This document shows positions 1 to 7,514 of a stretch of 35,907 nt of DNA, one piece after another. How positions within the stretch are numbered: the stretch's first letter is position 1; the number at the start of each line of letters is the position of its first letter. The notes under the pieces are model-generated. The model saw nothing but the letters and a program-made list of their open reading frames with translations, did no database searches and was not told the origin of the DNA. A program made the position numbers and the translations under genes. The stretch comes from an uncultured Bacilli bacterium (GTDB lineage Bacteria > Bacillota_I > Bacilli_A > RF39 > UBA660): assembly GCA_947631655.1 (NCBI GenBank), contig CANRME010000003.1, positions 1 through 35,907 on the forward strand. The letters are read 5' to 3'.

Positions 1-351
1 AAAATAAAAGAGTTAGAATCAAAAGAAAAAGAATATCTTAATAAATTAGATACACTTTATGAAGATAAATTTAAAGGATTAGTATCAGAAGAAATGTATA
101 AAAGAATTGCTAATGATACTGAAATTTTACTAACTAAATTAAGAAAAGAAATAAATAAATTGAAAAATGATAACAAGATTATAAATAATAAAACTGATGA
201 TTTAAAACATTATGAAGAAAAGATTAAATCTTTAATTAATATTGAAAATCCTACAAGAGAATTAATGCAAACTATCATTGATAAAATAATTATAGACAAA
301 GATAAAAATATAGAAATAATTTACAAATTTAGCATATTAAATAATATTTAA
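1..351 (+). CDS. Large serine recombinase (TnpX/resolvase-like), C-terminal part; 5' end lies outside the window
   Basis: The frame is open from base 1 (KIKELESKEKEYLNKLDTLYEDKFKGLVSEEMY...). It shows the coiled coil with LYEDKxxGxxSxExY and the terminal LxxxIIDKIII...IEIIYKF typical of LSR C-termini. The ATG at 94 is internal. Confidence 0.8.
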   Translation, partial: KIKELESKEKEYLNKLDTLYEDKFKGLVSEEMYKRIANDTEILLTKLRKEINKLKNDNKIINNKTDDLKHYEEKIKSLINIENPTRELMQTIIDKIIIDKDKNIEIIYKFSILNNI

Positions 352-356
352 ATTAA

Positions 357-379
357 CTTTGCTCTAATTTGGAGCAAAG
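357..379. terminator. Hairpin downstream of the recombinase
   Basis: CTTTGCTC-N7-GAGCAAAG; no clear U-tract. Confidence 0.4.
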
Positions 380-429
380 AATACATAGCAAAAGATAAAC
401 TACTTATATAAAACAATAAAGGAGTATGA

Positions 430-1488
430 ATGGAAAAGGTTGATGGTTATATTACAATAAAGAATGATAAACATTTTTCGATAGATGATTTACATCAATA
501 TCTTATAGATAGTGATAAAATAGGAAAAATCGATGCATTACATAAACTTTTAATAAAAAGTCTAAATCTTGCTTCAAATACAATATTAACATCAGAAAGT
601 GCAAGTAAATATTTAAATAGTATTTTGAAGAATGAAGAATGGATTGATAAATATTATAATAAAAATTTGAATATATACAATAGTTTCTATAATGCTGTTC
701 ATAAAGGAATAGATAACTTATCGTATTCAGAGGCAATTACAAATATAACTAAATCGTTATCAACTTTATCATCGACATTAGTTAATATTGTAAAAATATC
801 TTATGAAAATATTATAAATAACGAATCGCTAAATTCATTACGAAAATTAGCTCAAACTTTAGCTTCTATCCATTATGATTCTGAAGAAATAAAATTAGTT
901 GATAAAAATGTTGAAAAATTGATTGAATATGGTTGGCCCGTATCTTTTGAATTAGAAGATTATGTTTTTGAAAAAATACCTGGAAAAGCAAAAACAAATG
1001 AAATAGTAAAAAAATACTATACTAAACAAAGGATTAGTAAAATAGAAAGAACTATACGAGATTATTTAAAATTTGATAAGTATTTAATGAAGTATTTTAA
1101 AGAAGCAAAGAAAGATTTTTTAAATTGTTCCTATTATAGTTGTGCAGTAATGCTTTTTGCAATAATTGATAGATTAATATCTATGAATTTTAGTAATGAA
1201 ATAGGTATTAAAGGAATATTACTTTTAAAGAAAAAATTAAAAGATGTTGAATTTTATAACGGATATGTTAATTATTCAACTGTAAAAGTATTGTTTAAAT
1301 TATATGCAGATACTAATAATTTTACATTAGATAAGTCTCAACTTAATAGAAATATGATAGATCATGGATGGGCAAAGAGAAATATTAATCCATATGAATG
1401 TTTACAGTTATTGTTAATAATAAACAATATATTATTTATATTAAATAACGAAACTAATATAATGTCAGAAACATTAAAAATTGCATAA
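430..1488 (+). CDS. Hypothetical protein with a C-terminal HEPN-like domain (possible RNase toxin/defence effector)
   Basis: SD AAGGAG upstream. The C-terminal helical region YYSCAVMLFAIIDR...LNRNMIDHG contains an RxxxxH motif. Confidence 0.55.
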   Translation: MEKVDGYITIKNDKHFSIDDLHQYLIDSDKIGKIDALHKLLIKSLNLASNTILTSESASKYLNSILKNEEWIDKYYNKNLNIYNSFYNAVHKGIDNLSYSEAITNITKSLSTLSSTLVNIVKISYENIINNESLNSLRKLAQTLASIHYDSEEIKLVDKNVEKLIEYGWPVSFELEDYVFEKIPGKAKTNEIVKKYYTKQRISKIERTIRDYLKFDKYLMKYFKEAKKDFLNCSYYSCAVMLFAIIDRLISMNFSNEIGIKGILLLKKKLKDVEFYNGYVNYSTVKVLFKLYADTNNFTLDKSQLNRNMIDHGWAKRNINPYECLQLLLIINNILFILNNETNIMSETLKIA

Positions 1489-1521
1489 TATTGAATTAAA
1501 ACTACACATTGACTATCGCCA

Positions 1522-2694
1522 GGTGGCGAAGGCGCCGAAGTCGTCTATCCTCTAAGAAGTACAGATACACTAGCAAAGGCAATATTAGAAGAAATTGGCT
1601 CTGAAGGACAAATTACACGAAAATATTACCAAAGACGTTTACCAGAAGACCCATCAAAAGATTATTACTATATTATGAGAGAAACCCCAGATACCACGTC
1701 CCTTTTAATAGAATACGGATTTATTGATAATCCAAATGATGTGGAAAAGTTGCAAAACAATTTAACTGACTATGCCGAAGCGGTAGTAAGAGCAGTTTCG
1801 CGATACATTGGTGTTCCTTACACAAGTCCTGAAGGAGTGACAGACAATACATATATTGTGCAAAAAGGAGATAGTTTATACTCGATTGCACGAAAATTCA
1901 ATACAACAGTTGATGCCTTACGTGATTTAAACAATTTAACAAGTGATACTCTATCTATCGGACAATTACTTATTATTTCAGGTGATATGGGACCAGAACC
2001 ATCTGAACCAGAAGAACCAAGTAACGACTATACCTTATACACAGTAAAAAATGGAGACAGTTTATACAAAATTGCCAACCAATTTGGAACTACTGTAGGC
2101 GAATTAATTAGAATCAATAACCTAGGAACTACAGTTTTATCAATCGGACAGCAATTAAGAATTCCAAACAGTCAACAAACGGGAATCCAATATACTGTGC
2201 AAAAGGGTGATAGTCTATGGAAAATCGCCAATCAATATGGTGTCAGTGTCGACGACATTATAGAAATCAATAATCTTTCAGGAACAACTTTATCCATTGG
2301 ACAACAATTAATCATTCCAACGAAAAATCAAATTAAACCACCAAACAATCCAATCGAGCCACCAGTCGATGAAGAAAATACCACACAATTATATGTAGTA
2401 AAAAGTGGAGATAGTTTATACTCCATTGCAAGAGCCTTTGGAACCACAGTGGCTGAATTGAGAGAAATAAACAACTTAACAACAGATACCCTACAGATTG
2501 GGCAACTTTTAAGAATCCCAGGTAACTCGAGTAATACAGAAACCATCTATTACGTAAAAAGCGGAGATAGTCTTTGGAAAATAGCTAATCAATTTGGTAC
2601 AACGGTAGATGCCATCATAAATCGGAATAATTTAGCAACTAATTTACTTCAAATCGGACAACAACTAATTATTCCAAACGAAAATCGGATTTAA
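1522..2694 (+). pseudogene. 3' half of an N-acetylmuramoyl-L-alanine amidase (Amidase_3) with 5 LysM domains; split by the upstream element
   Basis: The frame extends upstream of the called ATG (1675, no SD) as GGEGAEVVYPLRSTDTLAKAILEEIG...DYYYIMRET...IEYGFIDN, up to a stop at 1510. Five YxVxxGDSL LysM repeats follow. The Zn-binding N-terminal half is missing. Confidence 0.8.
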
Positions 2695-2709
2695 GTATCC
2701 GATTTTTTT
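2681..2709. terminator. Bidirectional intrinsic terminator between the convergent LysM gene and cwlJ
   Basis: AAAATCGGAT-ttaagt-ATCCGATTTT followed by a T-run. Confidence 0.8.
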
Positions 2710-3133
2710 AGTGAATCTGTTTACAAACTCCTTCATAAGGTTCATAAAAACAATGACTTTTATATCTGCCAGATAATCTTTGCTCATACCATAAAGGAAC
2801 ACAACTTTCATTTCCTCTCGGAGCATAGAACCATAATGCGTTAGTTGCTGGATAATAGTACTCTCCTTGTAAAACTCTTCTCGCGAGCTCTTTTTCTAAG
2901 GTAGTCGCTGTGGAGAAAAACAAATTACTATTCACACCAGCAAAGCCTCCAGGAGATTGGTAGATAACTTGTGTAATAGTTTGAATATCACGGAAAGTAA
3001 GACAATCCGCAATCGCTCGATTTACCGCCACATTACCAACCATCAACATTCCTAAACTTCCTTCACCAATTGCCTCGGCACGCATTAATCTAGCAAGTAA
3101 GTCCAACTCTTTAGAAGTATAAGAAACTAACAT
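2708..3133 (-). CDS. cwlJ: Spore cortex-lytic enzyme CwlJ (Hydrolase_2/SleB family)
   Basis: LLARLMRAEAxGEGxxGMLxVGNV..NR..DC..F...YQ...WY..R.KSHCFY closely follows B. subtilis CwlJ and has a similar length. The start is placed at ATG 3133 behind SD AGGTG. Confidence 0.88.
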   Translation of the reverse strand: MLVSYTSKELDLLARLMRAEAIGEGSLGMLMVGNVAVNRAIADCLTFRDIQTITQVIYQSPGGFAGVNSNLFFSTATTLEKELARRVLQGEYYYPATNALWFYAPRGNESCVPLWYEQRLSGRYKSHCFYEPYEGVCKQIH

Positions 3134-3148
3134 GAATATCACCTATAA

Positions 3149-3176
3149 TAAATTATGAAAAAAAATAAAATGTGTT
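3149..3176 (-). promoter_or_regulatory. Candidate mother-cell (SigE/SigK-type) promoter of cwlJ
   Basis: Minus-strand -10 CATAATTT matches CATAnnnT. The -35 (AACA/CACA) is a weak match. Confidence 0.45.
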
Positions 3177-3177
3177 A

Positions 3178-3206
3178 TTGTGCAATACAAACGAATATGC
3201 TATAAT
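3178..3206 (+). promoter_or_regulatory. SigA promoter for tRNA-Trp
   Basis: TTGTGC-17-TATAAT with an extended TG. Confidence 0.6.
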
Positions 3207-3288
3207 ACAAGACATGGGAAGTGATATTAAAATCTAATTTAAGAATTAGTGAAATGGTAGGATTTCATTGCAAGTCAATATGTAACCT

Positions 3289-3362
3289 AGGGGATTAGTT
3301 AAATGGTATAATAATGGTCTCCAAAACCACTGTTGGGAGTTCGATTCTCTCATCCCCTGCCA
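3289..3362 (+). tRNA. trnW: tRNA-Trp (CCA)
   Basis: Acceptor stem AGGGGAT/ATCCCCT, D-arm with TGGTA, anticodon loop CTCCAAA, T-loop GTTCGATT and an encoded 3' GCCA; 74 nt. Confidence 0.95.
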
Positions 3363-3382
3363 TGTGTTCATTACACGAACTC
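3337..3382. other. attL at the tRNA-Trp 3' end
   Basis: GAGTTCG-N13-CTGCCA-N13-CGAACTC, a symmetric dyad around the tRNA end. Confidence 0.75.
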
Positions 3383-3424
3383 GATTGCCATATTTAGATA
3401 TGGATTCGCAGTAAGTGTTCATAT

Positions 3425-3451
3425 AAAAAGGACTAGAAAATAGTCTTTTTT
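3425..3451 (+). terminator. Intrinsic terminator
   Basis: AAAAAGGACTA-gaaaa-TAGTCTTTTTT. Confidence 0.75.
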
Positions 3452-3826
3452 GTTTTAGTTTTTTATAGGAGATGATTAGTTCTAAATAACGATAAATAAT
3501 AAATAAAACTTTATATTTTTAGTCTTTGATTTGCTCGTCAATTTATAAGTATATATTTATAGTTATTATTATTTGGTTATTAGTCTTTTATTTATTAATA
3601 AAAGCTAATATATGGGGATATTTTACAAATTTTACAATATTATTGTTATATATTTTCTCAAAGCACTTAATAATCGGTGCCATTTTATAATAATTTTATT
3701 TAGTAAATCAAAGAATATTTGGCAATAACATAAAAGCACTAAACAAAAGGGACGTTTATATGAATTGATTATGATTTATTAGTAAAAAATAAATTATACA
3801 GAAAATAAAAAGATACATACGCACCT

Positions 3827-4060
3827 TTAATCAACATTATCAAATAATTGTCTTATATCTATTTCTAAAGCATCGGCAATTCTAGTTAGAGATACAATAG
3901 TAAAGCCTCTTTGCATTTTTTTACTCTCTATTTTAGAGATAAAATTCATTGTTAATCCAGCCCTATCGGCTAATTGTTGTTGAGTGAAATTCCTATCTTT
4001 TCTATATTTCTTTATATTATATCTAATAACATCAAAATAATAATTATCACTATGTTTCAT
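3827..4060 (-). CDS. XRE-family HTH regulator (C-protein-like size)
   Basis: IKKYRKDRNFTQQQLADRAGLTMNFISKIES...LTRIADALEI; SD AGGTGG. Confidence 0.9.
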   Translation of the reverse strand: MKHSDNYYFDVIRYNIKKYRKDRNFTQQQLADRAGLTMNFISKIESKKMQRGFTIVSLTRIADALEIDIRQLFDNVD

Positions 4061-4072
4061 ATTAGTACCACC

Positions 4073-4156
4073 TGTCCATAGTATTATTATCTTAAAAGTT
4101 TTTATACGGATATATGGACACGTTGTCCGTATTGTGATATAATCTTGATATGGACA
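4073..4156. promoter_or_regulatory. Divergent promoter region with five TAYGGAYA half-sites (putative XRE operators)
   Basis: Half-sites lie at 4073(-), 4105(+), 4113(+), 4124(-) and 4149(+). A TGGACA-17-TATAAT promoter spans 4115-4143. Confidence 0.65.
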
Positions 4157-4183
4157 AAGAGGTAATAGTGAGGTGAAAGAGGT

Positions 4184-4501
4184 ATGATGAATATGATATT
4201 ATCTATATTAGTAGTGGTTATTATAGCCATTGTTGCTATTGTATTTGCTGTTAAAAAGACGATACTTTATGTTGATAAAGAATACCGTAGTGCTGCTATA
4301 ATATCGTTCATATTCCCTATTGTAGGGTTGATAATCTATGCTGTTAATATAGGTTCCAACAAGAAATTAGCAAGAAGTTGTATAGCACCAGTTATAGCAG
4401 GCATGATAATTAGTGCAATAATAATCATAATGGTATTACTGATTCTTGGTGGCGTATATACCGGTGGCTCAGTACATACCAAAAATATTCCAATGAAATA
4501 A
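4184..4501 (+). CDS. Small membrane protein (about 3 TM helices)
   Basis: Three hydrophobic stretches, including SFIFPIVGLIIY; SD GAGGT. Confidence 0.75.
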   Translation: MMNMILSILVVVIIAIVAIVFAVKKTILYVDKEYRSAAIISFIFPIVGLIIYAVNIGSNKKLARSCIAPVIAGMIISAIIIIMVLLILGGVYTGGSVHTKNIPMK

Positions 4502-4525
4502 AAAAAGGCAAGAAATGTCTTTTTT
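4501..4525. terminator. Bidirectional terminator
   Basis: AAAAAAAGGCA-agaaa-TGTCTTTTTTT between convergent genes. Confidence 0.6.
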
Positions 4526-4571
4526 AATTTCTACAAGAAATTTACTTTGCGAATTAAGTTGATAAAGAGAA

Positions 4572-5534
4572 CTATTTTATAGAACTCTTTTTATTTTTGT
4601 TGTTGCGACTTTTTTGCTTTCTTTGATTTTGTCTCGATAAAGTGCATTCATATTCTAAACAATATTTTTGCCTAAATCCATTTCTTTTAAAAATATTATT
4701 ACAAGCTGGATTTTGACAGATTCCTATTGTTTCATCGTTGTTATCTCTTGATAGTTGCATTTTTAGCTCATATATACCTAATAATAGAGCATTATCAAAT
4801 ATCATTTTAGTTTCCCAACATTCATTATCATAATCAAATGTAGTATCAAATGTACAATAACCTTTGGTGCAATTATCAAGAAATTCTAAATTTTCACTTA
4901 TTTTTGTTGGAATATCGTGCTGTTTTGTAGTATCAATTATATATTTATATATTTTAGAGTATTTATTTGTATTATTTGCATATTGTTCTCTTAATAGAAA
5001 AGACTCATAAATTATATAGACAACTGTGAGAAAATATAAAATAATACATTCATTGTCAGATGTGGTATCGTTATCTTCAACAACTGAAACGAATCCATAC
5101 TTTTCAAAGAAACTAATTATTTCTTCTATAAAAATTGATAAATATTTATAATTGTTTCTATATAACAATAATAATATTACATTAAAATATACACTATAAT
5201 TGTCAGATTTAGTGCAATTAGCTGTTATAAAATCATCATCTATAATTTCATCATTTAGTTTTTTCCCCAAATTAAAAATATCTACAAAAACTTCATATGA
5301 ATTAATATTATTTTGTATTTCTTGTTTAGGAGCCATATTTTCATCTTTTTTATATTGATAATTATACTCTCCAATACTTAATATATCACCTTTTTTATGA
5401 TTAGATGTTGGATTAACTAGTGATAAGTCTTTTAAATCATAAGCGCCAATCATTAATAAATCTCGCCAACCTTGATTCATCTTTTTTATAGCGTCTTTAT
5501 CTATATTATTTTTTACTCTTAAATATGCTTTCAT
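4572..5534 (-). CDS. Protein with a C-terminal CGNR-like zinc finger
   Basis: CQNPAC...F......QKYC...C......RKQKSR followed by a basic tail. Confidence 0.65.
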   Translation of the reverse strand: MKAYLRVKNNIDKDAIKKMNQGWRDLLMIGAYDLKDLSLVNPTSNHKKGDILSIGEYNYQYKKDENMAPKQEIQNNINSYEVFVDIFNLGKKLNDEIIDDDFITANCTKSDNYSVYFNVILLLLYRNNYKYLSIFIEEIISFFEKYGFVSVVEDNDTTSDNECIILYFLTVVYIIYESFLLREQYANNTNKYSKIYKYIIDTTKQHDIPTKISENLEFLDNCTKGYCTFDTTFDYDNECWETKMIFDNALLLGIYELKMQLSRDNNDETIGICQNPACNNIFKRNGFRQKYCLEYECTLSRQNQRKQKSRNNKNKKSSIK

Positions 5535-5680
5535 ATATTTACCTTTTTAATGTCACAAGCATTTCACAAGTTATATGTAACATTCCTTTTCTAAATATTA
5601 TATGATGTCATTGTAATTATTTCAAGCGCGCATCTTATAATTACGTAAAATGAATTTAGTAATAATTGACTTGTACAGTA

Positions 5681-5811
5681 GATAAGAAAGGGAAAAACGT
5701 AAAAATCCTTAAAAAAATAAGGGATTTTAGCAATTATTATCGGCAATTATATGTTACCGTTATTAATACTACTTCATTTGCAATTATTACCGATAAGAAA
5801 GGAAAAGTAAA
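5681..5811. repeat. Iteron-like repeats upstream of the Rep-like gene
   Basis: GCAATTAT occurs at 5730, 5743 and 5780, and GATAAGAAAGG at 5681 and 5792. A hairpin lies at 5702-5728. Confidence 0.5.
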
Positions 5812-6315
5812 ATGGCAAAGTATTTAATAGATGATTACGGCGATTTAATAGGTGAATTTAATGATGATGATTCAATTCGTGTCTATAATCCATTGAATAC
5901 TAAAAGAAGACTTATAGAGAATAAATTATTTTATAAATTCTATAAAGATTCAATATTAATATTTGTGAATGGGCTTATTAGTAAACAAGTTACAATAACT
6001 TTGTTTAAATTAATTCGCTTATTAGAATTTGGCACAAATGAATTTGTTAATATTAATGGTTTGCCTGCAAGCTTAAATCAACTTGCTACTTTCTTCCATA
6101 TGAAAACTAAAACTTTCTTTAATCATATAAAAAAGCTTGAAGAACTAGAAATACTAAAGAAAGTAAAAAATGGGAGAAATAGGAATATTTTGATTAATCC
6201 TTATTTTATTGGATATGGCACTAATTGTACGGATGAATCTTTAAAAATTTTTAGCAAGACAATCTGGGCTAAACAATCAAAATATTCTAAAAATAAATTA
6301 AAGATTAAAAGCTAA
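5812..6315 (+). CDS. Winged-helix protein, RepL-like plasmid replication family
   Basis: SLNQLATFFHMKTKTFFNHIKKLEELEILKK...ILINPYFIGYG; SD AAAGGA. Confidence 0.55.
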   Translation: MAKYLIDDYGDLIGEFNDDDSIRVYNPLNTKRRLIENKLFYKFYKDSILIFVNGLISKQVTITLFKLIRLLEFGTNEFVNINGLPASLNQLATFFHMKTKTFFNHIKKLEELEILKKVKNGRNRNILINPYFIGYGTNCTDESLKIFSKTIWAKQSKYSKNKLKIKS

Positions 6316-6350
6316 TTTTTATGATTATTTTAGGGAAAGGAGGAAGTAAA

Positions 6351-6659
6351 ATGAGCAGGGAATACCCTTTTATAATGTTGATGAAAATCATTAGTAGTTT
6401 TAACTATAAAAGTGGTTATATCAAAAATTGGGATGATAACGAAGATATGGTAACAATTAACGAAATATGCCATATTGTAGGTATCAACACCAGCGATATT
6501 AATCATATTTTATCAATCTGGAGTTATTTTGACTTAGCAAGTGAATATAAGCAAAATAACAAAAGATACTTAAAAATATCTGATAAAGTTATTTCCAATA
6601 TTCAAAAAGGAAATATAATTAGATACGAATTAAAAAATACAAAAAGTAGACATTATTAA
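6351..6659 (+). CDS. Hypothetical protein, possibly a diverged winged helix
   Basis: The start is moved to ATG 6351 behind SD AGGAGG. TINEICHIVGINTSDINHIL looks HTH-like. Confidence 0.55.
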   Translation: MSREYPFIMLMKIISSFNYKSGYIKNWDDNEDMVTINEICHIVGINTSDINHILSIWSYFDLASEYKQNNKRYLKISDKVISNIQKGNIIRYELKNTKSRHY

Positions 6660-6735
6660 TTAACAGCATTTGCCATTTAAAATAGACAAAATAATAAAAA
6701 TGTGCTATTATAAATGTGTGAGGTGATAGGTTAAT

Positions 6736-7200
6736 ATGATTACTATAAGTGACAGATTAAAAGACTTAAGAATGAAAAATAAATTAAGTCAGAATGATTT
6801 GGCTTTGTCGCTAGGGATTAAAAGGCATACTATTAGCGCTTATGAAACTGGTAGTATAAAGCCCCCTATTGATAAGTTAATATTAATATCGAATTATTAT
6901 AATGTATCATTAGACTATCTATGTGGGATAACTAATAATCCTATAATTAATAGTTCTAAAATTGATGATTCTTTAGGATTTGATGTCGAAAGTATTGCAA
7001 AAATACAACAATTAAAACTAGCTAATAATATGCAGTTAATAATTAGTTTACTTAAATATGGAAGTATTGATTTGTTTAAATTGGCTAATAAATATTTAAG
7101 TACTAAATATGATAACGATACAAAGAAAAAAACAGATGAGTATGTTGTATTGGAAAAAATTAAGGATACTTTTGATGAATATAAAATAAAAAAAGATTGA
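6736..7200 (+). CDS. XRE-family repressor
   Basis: RLKDLRMKNKLSQNDLA...ISAYETG..KP....L...SNYYNVSLDYLCG; SD GAGGTG. Confidence 0.92.
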   Translation: MITISDRLKDLRMKNKLSQNDLALSLGIKRHTISAYETGSIKPPIDKLILISNYYNVSLDYLCGITNNPIINSSKIDDSLGFDVESIAKIQQLKLANNMQLIISLLKYGSIDLFKLANKYLSTKYDNDTKKKTDEYVVLEKIKDTFDEYKIKKD

Positions 7201-7266
7201 TAGCTACGGCAATAGTTATCAATCAAGAGTACACATAAAACGGTTACCCCACCAATTTATATGTGT
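7188..7266 (-). ncRNA. Candidate ~75-nt antisense RNA upstream of the recombinase operon
   Basis: A minus-strand TTGTCT-17-TATAAT promoter (7301-7273) and a minus-strand terminator (stem 7195-7224, T7 at 7188-7194). Confidence 0.45.
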
Positions 7267-7328
7267 ACTCCTATTATATAATAATTTAATTATTAAGACA
7301 ATTATTTGAAAAAAGGAGTGATAAAAAT

Positions 7329-7514
7329 ATGTTAAATGATATGCAAGTAAATGCGATTTCTAGTGTATTTAGTGCTGGAGATATTAAAGACTATGTAGAA
7401 AGAAATATATATGATTATGTATTATTTGAACAGAAAGATAATAATCCAAATTGTAATATATCAATGAGAATAGGTTTTTTTGGAACACTTTCTTTAATTG
7501 GGGGTGTTAGATAA
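7329..7514 (+). CDS. Small protein translationally coupled to the LSR (candidate directionality factor)
   Basis: Strong SD AAGGAGTG; TAATG stop/start overlap with the LSR. Confidence 0.65.
   Translation: MLNDMQVNAISSVFSAGDIKDYVERNIYDYVLFEQKDNNPNCNISMRIGFFGTLSLIGGVR

Larger units (their letters stand above)
1..1520. mobile_element. Right end of an LSR-type integrative element inserted into an amidase-LysM gene
   Basis: An LSR C-terminus and a very AT-rich cargo gene are followed by an abrupt switch at ~1520 to the middle of an Amidase_3 coding frame, with an in-frame TGA at 1510-1512. Confidence 0.7.

Noticed and set aside
94-351. Independent 85-aa gene
   Set aside because: The frame is open to the window edge; it is the tail of a recombinase.
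1675-2694. Stand-alone LysM gene starting at ATG 1675
   Set aside because: There is no SD, and amidase-like sequence continues in frame for 51 codons upstream.
3385-6675. Extra TGCCA words (3386, 3678, 6671) as additional att sites
   Set aside because: They are only 5-nt matches, without the flanking AGTTCG motif at the expected spacing.
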